Below, one piece after another: positions 1 through 12,105 of a stretch of DNA of 64,000 nt; within the stretch, counting starts at the first letter, position 1, and every line of letters starts with the position of its first letter. A program made the position numbers and the translations under genes. The notes under the pieces were generated by a model, which searched no databases, had not been told where the DNA came from, and worked only from the letters and a program-made list of their open reading frames with translations. The DNA is from Schizochytrium sp. TIO01 (taxonomy: Eukaryota; Protista; Bigyra: Labyrinthulomycetes): NCBI GenBank assembly GCA_004764695.1, contig SMSO01000032.1, positions 1,612,001-1,676,000 of the forward strand. Direction: 5' to 3'.

Positions 1-245
1 GATTGATTGATTGGATTGTCTTGACTCGACTCAAGTTAAAAGACTTTAACTCAGTACCTCTGACTGACCAGCCGGAGGGACTCAACTCTCGAAGAGGCCT
101 CGTGTGAGAGCAGAGCGCCCTGCGGAAGGCAGATAGGAACTATGGCCTGTGGTGATGCAACAGAAGCCGCCTTTGCGACTGCTTTAAACAGGGTCTCTTG
201 AGAAGGGGTCTAGGCAGAGAGAGAACGAAGTCAAAGCAGGTACGT

Positions 246-304
246 ACCTGACCGACTGACCGACCAACCGACCTACCGACCGCCCAACCGACCGCCCAAC
301 CGAC
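246..304. repeat. degenerate (ACCG/ACTG/ACCA)n microsatellite
   Basis: accgactgaccgaccaaccgacctaccgaccgcccaaccgaccgcccaaccgac read directly. Confidence 0.8.
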
Positions 305-1493
305 TTTTTAAATTATAAAATATGAAACAAAATACTCACTTACTTTGAAAACTGCTTTGAAAATCAATTTGAAAACTAAAATACTTACTTCGCTTGCTTG
401 CTTGCTTACATTGGCTGACTGAGTCGCTCACTTAGTTATAGTATACTCTTCCAAAGAAAGAGAAAAGGGAAAAAGGGGCAGCCATGAGGACCTATTGACT
501 TCTACATGCTACAGACTGACTGGACAACGCTAAATTGGTAGCGGAAACGGGCGAAGCGTGCATTAATGTACTTATTTATTTGTTTATTTATTGATTGACT
601 GATTGATTCATTCATTCACTCACTCAGGCTCATTCATTCTTCCTTCGTCCTCATCGATGTTTATCCACGAATTTATTTTTGTTGCGTCGATCTGATTGGA
701 GGCAGGCGGCCGATCAGCACTCGCTTATTATTCGATTCCCTTCTTGGCCTGACTTGACTTGAGCAAGAGGGAAATAGCTCCAGTACAAATCAGAGATCAA
801 AGGCAGGTTTGCGCATGCCTTCATTCAGTCTCTCCTAGCTTTACAATTTTTAATCCTAGCATTGCAATTTTGAAAAATCCAAAATAAAATAAAATAAAAT
901 CATACAACAGCAGCAATTCTCATCTCATTGCTTGCCTCTTTTCTTGCTCTTTCTTTTTCTCTCTCTATATATAATTGTTCTAAAGTTTGAATAAAAAAGA
1001 AAAGAAAGAAAAAAAGTATTGCGCTGGCAAAACCTTGAGGCTATTATTAACATATGAAGGGGCCTGGAATTATTGAGGAACTGACGTCCACGGTTCCCCT
1101 GCTAGAAGTGGGTACCTACAGCGACTATGAAATAGCCAGCTGTGGACTCTGGCCCTAAGATGCAACAGCCTTTGGTTATCAGTCATTTCCCCTTCATTTG
1201 CGAAAACCCTCATCTGCTGCGGTGAGTCCGTACCTCTGATTCATCTTTAAACATTAAAGTATACGTTTTTACTTTCTAAACAAAGTATCTTCCGCCTTTT
1301 CTTCTCCTCTTTCCTTTAAAAAAAATAAAAATATTTTTTTGGGTCAGGAAAAGGAGAAAATATTAAAAAGTCTCTTTTATACTCTAGTAGAGAGGCAAAG
1401 ACCGCGTTTTGGGAGAAAAGAGCCGTGCCAGCCCAGCTCAGCCTGCGCAACGCATTTCCACTGCGCCACTACCTCACGCGCCCCGCCTTTTAA

Positions 1494-1545
1494 GTCAATC
1501 AATCAATCAATCAATCATTCATTCATTCATTCATTCAATCAACCA
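1494..1545. repeat. (AATC)n/(ATTC)n microsatellite
   Basis: caatcaatcaatcaatcaatcattcattcattcattcattcaatcaacc. Confidence 0.9.
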
Positions 1546-4325
1546 ATAAATAAACTCCTCGCGACGAGCTTCGTAGGTAGACCGACCTCCACCCACGACT
1601 CGTTCTCCAGGTTGTCCTCGCTGAAGAAGGCCTTTAGTCTCGCGCATGAGGTCCAGGCTCCGAATTCTTCTCTCACCTATCTTCCTGACCTCAATCAATG
1701 TCGCCAGCGGTGGGAAAACCGTGCGGAACCCAGATAAACAATTTGCGCCCCCAAGTTCGATACAAGATCTCCTGCGCATAGGCGGGTGAAGCAGGCAGTT
1801 CCTCAGACTAGTCGCGCCGAGGCCCGGAGTGGGAGGGCGCGGGGAGCCCGACAATAATGCGCGAGGGCCCTCACTGGAGACATGATGGACCAGGGCCGCT
1901 CGTGTTGCGGAAACAGGTGATCTGGAGGACAGACAGTGCTGTTTCACATGATGATGATGCTGACGAGGAGGCGGAGGAGGACGAGGAGGAGGACCAGCGT
2001 TGATGAGAACCAAAGCGTTCGCTGGCCCTCCCTCGGTCTTCGTGGAACGAGGTGGTGCGGCGGCTTGAGAGAACTCGCCCAGGGCCAGGAACCGAAAACA
2101 TCGTTTCGTGGACAATAGCACGCACTGAGCTGGATATTCATTTCGACTCGGGCGCTACATTTGGAGACTTTTGGAGAAGGCGGAGGGAACCATTGCGCAA
2201 GCCCGCGAGAGAGAGCCGCAGGCAAGCAAGGGCTGACGAAATCGGAGGAGGCGATGCTTGCAACACCATTAGCTTTTAGAAAACTCGGACCAGCCATCCA
2301 AGTCCAACCTGCAAACCAACCTTTGGAGCTGTCAGTGTAATCGCTGCAATTGCCACCGTCTAATGCTGCTGTACGTACTACCTGGAACAGAGCGGCACCA
2401 CAGAAATATTGCGAAGCGCTCCAGGAAACAAGGCGGCGGGTGCTGCTGCGTCTGCAATTCGTTCAAGTTGAGGTGTAAAGTGACCCACCGCGTATGCTGA
2501 TTGCAACACTATTGCGAGTTTGCGAGGCTTGTGTGGAGCGATCAATCTTGGGTCTAATCTCCTGGCAACGAATGCCAGCTAGCCTGACCAAAAAAGAAGG
2601 AGCAGCAGTACAACGTGCCCAAGTAATCGTAGCCTTAGTTGTAGACTATTCGGGTGGAAGTGAAATGTAAAGCGCAAGACGTTCTTTCAAACTTTGTCTC
2701 ACGAAGCTTCAAAAGAGGTCGCGCTTATGTATTGCTGAATCCTCCACATTGAAACGCAGTAGAATGCGCCATGCGATTTACGGCGCCTAGCCCGACCCCG
2801 AGCTCTTCGCAACCTCTTAAGCTTTGCGCAACCTGCTACCGCACCTTATGGAACTTTTTCATTATTAGAAAGGCAGCTGTTTAAGATTTAGAGCCGCCAC
2901 CAAGATAACAAGAACGATTTGTCACCAACCAAAAAGATCTCATGTTGTGCTGCACGAGGTGGGTGACAAAAAAAGAAGCTTGCTGTCAAGAATCTTTGAT
3001 CTTGCGGAATTTTCATGATTTTGTCCCATCGCAACTCGCAAACTCGCCCAGGCTGTACACAAAAAACCACGCCAAGTACAATGGCGTGTTTCCACTCCAC
3101 ATGCGAGGTTATGAGGAGGCCTAGGCTGCCTCAACGTATGACGTATGGCCCCTTATATTTAATTATCTGATGAGACCGCTGGGTGCAGATATTTGGAGTT
3201 TCGAGGTACTAGTAAGTACCTCACACTACCTCTCGTGCACCCTATGCACAAAACTCTACGCACAAAATGTGAACGTCGACTCCACAGTGCCGAGGTTCCT
3301 ACCTGCTTACCCAGAATTAACGTCGTCGTTCGAATGGCTGGAAAACACAGCGAATCTGCAAGAGTGAGGCACCGTCATTATCGTCATCGTCGTCATCATC
3401 ACTATTAACAAGACGAAGAGCAAGAGCAATATAAAAATGGAGTTCCAAGGCAATCAATGACACATGTGTTTGTACATGGACCTAACAGCAGACTTATCAG
3501 AGGCCACGCCTATCAGTGCTTTGACTCGCTTGGCTGAGACTTAACTCAAAGCGAATGCTCAGGCGAATCTATAAAATCCCGAACAAAGTTCTCTAGTTCC
3601 TTCAATCCTAGCTACTATTTATTACAGCTTACTACTAGGTACATATCTACCTGCCAGTAGTAGGTAGGTGCCGGTATATGTATATTTTTAAAACCAAAAA
3701 AATAAGGGGTCAAATGTTTTCCTTTTGTTTTCTTTTTCTTCAGCAAAGCCTCGAGACGCTTCGAAGCCGATCTCCGCCCGGTGGCCCAAGGCAGCGGCCT
3801 CTGTTATGCTGCATCACAACTTCAGACATTGCTGCTGGTTCAAAATGCTTATCACTTCATTTTCCCTAGCACAGCGATAAATTCTCATGAAGTTCTTATC
3901 TTCAAACAAAATTACTCTAACTCTTTCACCAAATGTAGCAAAACACTGATAATTCAGTAGCAGCACTACTACCTTCCATAGGCGCCTTTGAGCCATTGGC
4001 TAGCATTGAATCCTTCTTTCATGAAAGATATCTGTGAACGGGTATGAGTAGCACGGAATCAATTCTAGCGATTATCATTTCAATGAATTACCCACGCCAT
4101 CCACCTGTTGGCATAATCATCATCAATATGCAGTATTTATTCAATGATAATACGCCACCAGTAGGTACATGACCTACCCATGCGATTATTCCCTTATGAT
4201 TTAAAATTTAAAAAAATAAAATAAAAATTATTAAAACAAAGAAATAATCAAAGAAAGAAAGAAATAATCAAAGAAACAAACAAAGAAAGAGAAAAAAGGG
4301 AAAACTATGGAACAAGTGGAAAGCC

Positions 4326-4350
4326 GTTCTAGAACGTTCGCGAAAATTCG
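4326..4350 (+). promoter_or_regulatory. heat-shock element (HSE), five contiguous inverted nGAAn units
   Basis: gTTCtaGAAcgTTCgcGAAaaTTCg matches the canonical HSF-binding array; ~280 bp upstream of the small-HSP ATG. Confidence 0.85.
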
Positions 4351-4625
4351 CGAGTCGGAGACAAACGATATCTGTCTCCTCTTCGGAGTTCCACTCTGGA
4401 AGACAACGTGGAACTCAACAAGAAGTTGGCAAACTCCGAGGTAAGGTCTGCAGGAATTTTATGGAACTGGGACGAATCGAGGCTTCAGGAAAGTCTAAGC
4501 GTGCCAAGCATGAAGACAGACCCAAAACTCGGACTTCTTGAGCGCGACACAAAGGGCCCCGAGCCAACCTTCGAAGCGAAGCACCTTATTAGAAGAGCGA
4601 GCTCTGGACTTTGTCAGGAACAAAG

Positions 4626-5477
4626 ATGCATATGAAGATGAATGCCATCGTGGCCGCCGTGGTACTCTGCATTGCAGTTCTGGCGAGCTCGATTCCACAG
4701 GCTAAGGCATTCATGATGAGGCCACCGCACTTCATGGGTGGAAAGTGGCCTGGCATGGACCCCTTCGCACATAGTTGGCCCCGCCAACATCTAAAACCAC
4801 ACGCCTTTGCAGACCCCTTTGCTAGTGATAGGTCCTGCGAGGCGTGGCCGCACCAAGCGAAATGCCGGCACCAGCACATGCGTCAGGCAGACCGATTCAA
4901 ATCTCCCCACCATGCTCAGCGTAACGTTCAATCTCAACATCAACACCAGCACATGCGTCCCCAGCTCCAACGACAGCTAGCAGAGCGCAATTTCAAGGTC
5001 GTAGATGTCGGAGATGTTTATGAATTGCGTGTCGAAGCGCCGGAGGTTCACAAATCAACAGTTTTTAACTTTGATGTGAGTGAGAGTGGTGCGCTTCACA
5101 TGGTTGATCGCGCAATGCCACAGCGCTTTGACCATACCTTCCGTCTGCCCGATGGCGTCACTAAGGATGACCTTCGCCTTCGATGGGATGCAGACAAGGT
5201 TACTGTACTTGTTCCTAAATCTGCAAACCAAAAGCACCCCGCGATGACATCCAACACACCTAACACTGAGCAAGCAACGTCTGCTCAGCCTGTCAAACAG
5301 TCAGATGTCCAGAATGAACCGTCTAACACAGCGAGCAAAATCTACGCTGATAACGAAGCAGTAGATGCAGATACCGATCTCCTTATCGAAGATGATTACG
5401 ACGAGCACGATAGTCATGAGGATCCCGACGCAGCAACAGGCTACGTGGACAACTTGGGGATTTTTCGAGAATATTAA
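4626..5477 (+). CDS. small heat-shock protein (HSP20/alpha-crystallin-like domain) with N-terminal signal peptide
   Basis: First ATG at 4626; hydrophobic leader NAIVAAVVLCIAVLASSIPQAKA; ACD-like segment NFKVVDVGDVYELRVEAPEV...RFDHTFRLPDGVTKDDLRLRWDADKVTVLVPK; upstream HSE. Confidence 0.75.
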   Translation: MHMKMNAIVAAVVLCIAVLASSIPQAKAFMMRPPHFMGGKWPGMDPFAHSWPRQHLKPHAFADPFASDRSCEAWPHQAKCRHQHMRQADRFKSPHHAQRNVQSQHQHQHMRPQLQRQLAERNFKVVDVGDVYELRVEAPEVHKSTVFNFDVSESGALHMVDRAMPQRFDHTFRLPDGVTKDDLRLRWDADKVTVLVPKSANQKHPAMTSNTPNTEQATSAQPVKQSDVQNEPSNTASKIYADNEAVDADTDLLIEDDYDEHDSHEDPDAATGYVDNLGIFREY

Positions 5478-5864
5478 TGCAATAAGCTAGCATATGCTGT
5501 GAATCTTGAATAATGTAGATATAATTAGATCAATCAATTGATGTTTTTTAACGTAAATGGTTTAGGCACTACCCACTGCTCATTGTCTTCTTCTTCATTT
5601 CTTGTCTTTCGGAAGCTCATATCGACGCGCCTCTGGAGAGAGAAACGATATGCTGATTTGACCATGGAGGCCATCCCCTAGATTGTTGCTTTCAAAGCTC
5701 TCAAGGTTTAAAATTAATTACTCTATATTTCCTATGTGTTTCTTTGAAGTTACTACAGAAAGAAATATAGTAACACAAACCCTCTAATAAATCAACGATT
5801 CTAAAAGCAGAGTAAAATATATTCAAACATGCTCTTTATTTTAGTGCAGAATTGCAAGCATCTA

Positions 5865-7031
5865 TTACTTGCGGAAAATTGACAGAACCCTGTTGACAAT
5901 GCGGGAAAAAAAAGTACGGATGCGGTAGCCGATCGCCGCAATTACACCAAGCATCCACATTTTTGCAACTTCCTTAATGGAAGCGCGTAGACTATCTCGT
6001 ACTTGACGTTCAAAATCTTCCTGTTGCTTTCTTTGTGCTTGGGCATAATCGTAATTAACACGCTGCTGATCTTGCTGCTGTTGCTGCCCACCTTGCTGGG
6101 ATCGTGAAGCAGCCTCAGCGAGATTTTGAAAGAATGAACCAAAGGGGTTCGCGCCTTGATTGAAAGAGCCTGCGGAAGAAGAGCTCGTGCCGAGGTCCTC
6201 TTCCTGAATAGTCTGCGCACTTGACCCGTCACTGTAGCGGTAGATGGTGGTACGGCGAAGCTTCCGACGACCATTCGCCCCTGTCACAACTTGTTCTACG
6301 ACCTGTGTACTTACGGGGCGGGCTTGCTGTTGTTGAGTGCTGCGCTGTTGGCTTCTAGTTTGCGTTTGTTGTTGACTGCCCTGGCGCTGCCATTGTTGCT
6401 GCTTCTGCTGAAAGCGCATAAGTTCCTCCCACATATTGGGGTTTCCGAAACCACCTCCACGGTTCATCTCGCGGAACAGGTTATTGAGGTCTTCATTACG
6501 AAACATGTGCCTGAAAAGTTCCTCTGGGTCGACGTATTGGTACTGACCTCCCTGAAAGCCACCATTTTGGAACGGATTCTGGCCATATGCACCACCGGAT
6601 CCTCCGCTACCGCCAGAATAGCCACGACCGCTGGAGAGCTGATTGTAAGCTTCTGAAATCTCTTTGAAGCGCGTCTCTGCCGCCTTTTTGTTCTCCGGAG
6701 TATCGTTCATATGGCGATCAGGATGGTATTTGAGTGCCATCTTTTTATAAGCCTTTTTGATATCGTCTTGCGAAGCGCCCCGCTGCAGGCCGAGAACCTC
6801 GTATGGATCACGCCAGGCAGCAGCTGCAAATCCGCGCGCTGCAATCAATGATTTCCATGGGCTTGCTACTTGTCTGTAAGCGCCACCATCCAGCGAGAGT
6901 CTCTGTGCTCCGGCCAAGCCACGGCCACTCACAAGTGATCTCAATTGCAGAGAGTCAGAGCCCCACAAAAGACCAGGTGCTCGCGAAGCATCTGCAGACC
7001 TCCGCGCAAAAGCCCTCACCGCAGCTCTCAT
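5865..7031 (-). CDS. J-domain (DnaJ/Hsp40) protein, probably mitochondrial
   Basis: DPYEVLGL...[15 protein letters not shown]...FKEISEAY with HPD motif; G/F-rich region; Arg/Ala/Ser-rich presequence-like N-terminus; first ATG 7031; hydrophobic C-terminal helix. Confidence 0.9.
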   Translation of the reverse strand: MRAAVRAFARRSADASRAPGLLWGSDSLQLRSLVSGRGLAGAQRLSLDGGAYRQVASPWKSLIAARGFAAAAWRDPYEVLGLQRGASQDDIKKAYKKMALKYHPDRHMNDTPENKKAAETRFKEISEAYNQLSSGRGYSGGSGGSGGAYGQNPFQNGGFQGGQYQYVDPEELFRHMFRNEDLNNLFREMNRGGGFGNPNMWEELMRFQQKQQQWQRQGSQQQTQTRSQQRSTQQQQARPVSTQVVEQVVTGANGRRKLRRTTIYRYSDGSSAQTIQEEDLGTSSSSAGSFNQGANPFGSFFQNLAEAASRSQQGGQQQQQDQQRVNYDYAQAQRKQQEDFERQVRDSLRASIKEVAKMWMLGVIAAIGYRIRTFFSRIVNRVLSIFRK

Positions 7032-7700
7032 TGTGGCCACCCACTCCTCACAAAATCACTTTCCTCAGAAAACTAGATGAGGATTTACCTTTCGCTGTTG
7101 CTTTGCCTCAGCTCAGCTCTGCTTAAACTTGTCTTTTGCTGTGTCTGAGAGCCTCCTTCTTCAAGTCGTTCTTCTTCTGCTAGTCCTTTCTAGTAGCCTT
7201 ACTACCTACGTAGTAGTGTTGTATGTTTTTATTCGCACTCTCTTTTTTTCTTTTTCTTTTATGAATGCAAATTACAATTAGCTTCAGGTCAGTAGCACGC
7301 ACATGCGACGTTGTGATGAGCGACTGCATATCGTAGTGGAATTCTGGAATAGATAAAGATAGCATTGATACTTGCGCAGACTGTTGCTGTAAAGATGAGA
7401 GAACAGAACATTTGACTTATATATGTTTGAAGTCGTATATTTGATCTCGCTGATTTTACAGCAGCAATTTCTTTTTATTTAGCTTTTTGTTTCATGCTCT
7501 CTTGCAGAATATGATATTCGACAACATATTATTTGACCAACGTCGCGAGGTTTTGCTTGCTTGGGAGGGCGAAACGGAAGGATCTGTAAAAGCCACTTCC
7601 GGCCGGTCTTTTGAGGCACGCTGCGTCAATAACCCCAAGACAAAGAACAGACGGCATCCTCCCAGCGTTCAAGTTGGTTTGAGCTAGGAGGAGTGACGTC

Positions 7701-8932
7701 ATGGGCAAGCTTGGGCTGATCTGCGGTAGCCTTCTCGTTATCTTTTATGTGCTGACGGTTCTATGCGCGGCGACGACGGAGACCCGTAGTAGCAGCCATC
7801 GTGGTCAAACAAATCGGCATACGAACAATTGGGCAGTAATTGTTGATACATCGATTTTCTTTTTCAACTACAGACACGCCGCTAATGCTTTATCAATGTA
7901 TCGCACGGTGAAAAAGCTTGGCATACCGGACAACCAAATCATTCTCATGCTCGCGGATGACATGGCGTGCCATCCAAGCAATCCTCTTAAGGCCGAAATA
8001 TTCAATAATCGCAATCGACAAATCGAACTTTATGGTGAAAACATTGAAGTTGATTACAGAGGCGAAGAGGTTACCGTGGAGAATTTCCTTCGCATTTTAT
8101 TAGGTCGTCATCTGCCTGGCACACCTGCGTCAAAACGACTCGACACAAACGAGGGAAGCAACATCTTTATTTATCTATCTGGTAAGTTTAGTTTATAAAC
8201 AACTCAGTTTGCAAGCAAATGGGGAGATTTGCACATATAATGTTGACACATACTGTAGAATACAGTACTGTCAGGATCTTCTGTTGGTTGTTCAAATTCT
8301 ACTCACTACATCACGTCTAAATTGGTTATTGCTATGAGCACCTAGGACATGGAGGTGATGAATTCATTAAGTTTCAGGACTCAGAAGAAATGAGCAGTCA
8401 GGACATTGCTGGAGTGTTTGATCAAATGAAGATTAAAAACAGGTTTAATGAAATTTTCTTTGCGGTGGATACATGTCAAGCAGCAACCTTATATAAGCAC
8501 TTTCAAACGGACGGCGTCATTGCAATGGGATCCTCTCGCCGCAATGAAAACTCATATTCTCACCATAACGACGGAGACTTAGGCACCCCAGTCATTGACC
8601 GATTCACATACCACATGCTCGAATTCATGGACCGTCAAGGATCCAAAGCTAATTTCGGTGACCTTTTGAGGTACCTAACTCCTCAAAAGCTTATGTCTAC
8701 TGCAGCTATGGATACAAGCCACTTCTCAAGACCCGTTAGCAGTGTTCGTCTCACAGACTTCCTTGGATCAGTCTTGCAAGTTGATACAAAACTTGCCAAT
8801 GCTGGCTTCGATCCTACCGCAAACTACACGTCATCTAGTGCAAAAGGAGAGGAGGGGCAGGAAAATGATTCTCAACTTTCCTCAGAAGGTTGCACAGGAC
8901 CAGCAAGAAACAAGCCTTTACACCGAATTTGA
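7701..8932 (+). CDS. GPI8: GPI-anchor transamidase catalytic subunit (peptidase C13), 2 exons
   Basis: Exons 7701-8181 and 8346-8932 (GTAAGT...CCTAG intron). Splicing restores [15 protein letters not shown] (catalytic His). Also HTNNWAV, NYRH, DDMAC, DTCQA (catalytic Cys), SYSHH and a signal peptide. Confidence 0.95.
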
Positions 8933-9230
8933 AGCAACCTTTTAATTAGCATTACTTTTTGCGTACAAGGGGAAACGAAACAGCCATACAAAAAACTACT
9001 TGGGATTTTTTTCTACCTTTCTTGTACTCAATCAATGTAGAAAACAGAATAGTTTGTGTATTAAATGAAATTTATTGATTGTTTTATATCTGTCGCCATT
9101 CCCATAGTTGATCTTTGTTCATGATGATGGCTTCATTACGGAACGAGGGAAATGCAGTGCGGCAATGTACATATAAAATAATGAGAGGTCTTTACCAGCT
9201 ACCTCCTCTGAACACGCGCAAATGCCTCCT

Positions 9231-10679
9231 TTACAGCTCATTGCCAATTGAAACCCAATCCTGTTTTTGTTTATTCATTTGTTAGTCACACCATTTTATC
9301 AGCTATCATTTCATGTTTCTTATGTCTTTTGAATCAACAACAAGATCAGCATTCATCAAAGAACTCACATCACGCAAATTGTTTCGCCGCGCAAATATTT
9401 CTAGATAGGATCCTCCCGGCACGAGCTCCTCAATCATCTCATAAATTTCTACGGGTTTCTGACTTTGACCCTGGCGCTCACAATACAGTACATCGCTTCC
9501 AATGTTGCGACGAGTACCAGGGGGGTCTACGTCTCCCTTTTTACCGACCAAACATGTTTCCTTTGCATGCTGAAGATAAAAACCGTGACTTTTAGCGAGG
9601 CGTCGATTTACGGTTTGCTTAACCCAGGCAATTTCATCCACAAGTGTATATCCCCATTTTTCCATCAGCTCTAGGGCAAACTTGTACTTTGCATTAATCA
9701 CCCATACAAAAAGGAAGCCATTCTCCTGTAATGATGGAAACGGAATTCTTTCAATGAACCTGTTGTTTGAATTGTTAAAACGAGAGCAACACAACCCCAC
9801 GCAAGAAGAGCACAATTCAGTTTGTTAGACTTCTCTTTTATAGTTCATTCGCTTTACTCAACAGAGCGCGGAGCCGAAATGTGCTCTGGGTTTCGGTTTA
9901 ACTTACGTATCTGAAAGCTGTTTGTATCCAATTGCTACACCACGAGTTGGGTTAGAGGTAGCAAGCTGCCATGGGGGATCTGTCATAATAACATCGAAAA
10001 GCTTTCCTGTTTTGCGGCGCTGAGTCTCTGCAAGCTTCTTGAAGTTGAAAGTGCGAACATCAGCGCAGATAGGTACACATCGAGGGGGCGGCTTCCACAC
10101 TTCAATTTGCGGCGTTGACGTTGCATCCTTGGGTGGTTCTTCAGATGAACCTGGTTGGTCTGCACTGTTAGATTTCACCCCAACTGCAGGAGCTGGTGCT
10201 GATGTTGCTGATGGTGATGAAGACGATGCTGGTGTTGCTACTTGTGCACCGGTGGTTGCTACTGCAGTAGATTCAGATGTTGCTGCAGCAGAGACCTGCT
10301 TAGATGATTCCGTTTCTGTATCTCCTGAAGTTATCTTCTCAACAGATTGAGATTGCGCAGGAGCGGGGGGTGTTATAGAAGGTTGAGATGCACTCGCCTT
10401 TTCATCTGTCTTGGATACTTTGGGCTCAGAATCAATTTTGTTGTTCGTAGTTGCAGCAGCACTTGAGGAGTCCTCCATCTGCTGGTCTGTTGCAGATGCA
10501 GACTCTGAAGCAGGATCCATGGCCTCGTCGTCATCATCCTGCTGCTGTTGCTGTTGCTCTTCTTCGTATAAGTCAGCAATGATTTCTTGCTCCAGACGAC
10601 ATATCTCCTGACGAGTGGCGTCGATATACTTCAAGAGCTCTCCTTCAGAGAGGCCTCTAAGGTTAGGTGGCAAGTCCAT
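9231..10679 (-). CDS. AMT1: MT-A70 family N6-adenine methyltransferase, AMT1/MTA1-like, 3 exons
   Basis: Exons 10679-9907, 9759-9369, 9260-9231 with GT-AG introns that restore the frame. Motifs DVIMTDPPWQLATSNPTRGVAIGY, GFLFVWVINAKY, HGFYLQHAKETCLVG, QSQKP, LEIFARRNNLRDDWVSIGNEL*. Confidence 0.9.
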
Positions 10680-11158
10680 CTTCAATGCCGTTGCCTCCAG
10701 AACACAAGAGACCCCGGACTCAGCCTGCTGACAAGACGCCAGCAAGCGCAAACGACTAGCACGACTAGCCCTGCCAGGCTAACCGGCTACTCGCACCACC
10801 GTCGTGAGTGGAATACGACTTTAGCTGCTCAGTCATAATCTGACGGATTCTTCATCACTTGGCTTTCTCTCGTTCACTCCACCTCGCCGTCGTTAGGCTT
10901 AAGTTCGCTTGCAGGCGAGCGACCCTTAAAAGTAATTTCGGACAAACATTTTATCGAGGCCTCGGATATATCGGTGTTTTTGTTGTTGGTCTTTTTTTGT
11001 CTTTTAACTTGCGGGTTGGGATGAGTAACTTCGGGACCCTTTGATTTTGCTAATTTTGACTTGTGATTCTTTGATTCTCCGGCCTCTCTAAAACGCGTGG
11101 GAGAAAATGTAAAGGTTAGCGAGCCTCATGCGTGGGCCCTGATGCTGTGCAGGCGTCC

Positions 11159-11238
11159 AGGTGAAATGCGAACTGCGGAGAAGGTGAAATGCGAACTGCG
11201 AAGAAGGTGAAATGCGAACTGCGAAGAAGGTGAAATGC
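11159..11238. repeat. 23-bp tandem repeat, 3.5 copies
   Basis: AGGTGAAATGCGAACTGCG(G/A)AGA x3 plus partial AGGTGAAATGC, no spacers. Confidence 0.9.
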
Positions 11239-12056
11239 ACAGGTTTGTCCGCGCTGGAAGCAAAGTTGACCCCTCTCGTTCGCGATGCCGTCGTGCTTCA
11301 GCGACAGACGACCCTGAGCGCGGATGCCGTGAACTTGTACAACCCCGAGCACCACGCCAGCCCAGGCAGGCAGGCAGCCGCGCGAAGTTGCGTGCCAAGG
11401 AAACGCCCATCCCGGCGAAGATGAACCTCAGCTCTACTCAAAGGCTCCGATGGCACTCTCGGCCTCGTCTCAGATCGCCATGATCTTTGCATGACATTTA
11501 TGATGAGCTTTTGCGGAATGCTTAGCTGTGCCTCGCTGCTCTTCGTCCTTCGCCACGGGAATGCACGCAGCAAGGCCGTCGTGAGGAGACAGAAGACGTG
11601 CTTGCATTGCACAGAATGCACGACGGGAAGTCAGCCTGCTCTTCTCTCATCCTGTCGATGGCTCAGGAGATGGACATGCATGCTCTTTGCGCTATCACAC
11701 TATCCACAATGCCATTCCGTGTGATTGACTGACTCACTCGAGCGCCCTTTCACGTGGCCTTTGAGTGCCATGGAGCGAACCTACGGACGCAGGGAAGAAA
11801 CAAAAGAAGGCGGAGGAGCTTCGCAGGAGATGAACTCACGCCTGCCATGGAGAAGAAGTATGTATCACAGCATCATCATCTGCGGCATCATCAGCGGCAT
11901 CGTGGATTTACGCATCGAGCCTTGAGAGTCGCTCGCAACCTGGGACATGCAGCTCTCACAACTGCAGTCCGCGATTCCTTCTTTCTCGTGTCACAGGTGA
12001 CAGGCAGGGAGCGCTTCCCAGAGCAGGCTCAGCTAGCTTGAGGGAAACGCCGCGGC

Positions 12057-12105
12057 TGTATGCATGTGTGCATGCATGCATGCATCCATGCATGAAGCAT
12101 GCATG
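12057..12105. repeat. (ATGC)n self-complementary microsatellite
   Basis: tgtatgcatgtgtgcatgcatgcatgcatccatgcatgaagcatgcatg. Confidence 0.8.

Noticed and set aside
8182-8345. Two hairpins in the GPI8 intron as an H/ACA snoRNA
   Set aside because: Hairpins are too small and there is no ACA box after the second stem
11159-11238. 23-bp repeats as a CRISPR array
   Set aside because: Copies are contiguous with no spacers, there are no cas genes, and the context is eukaryotic
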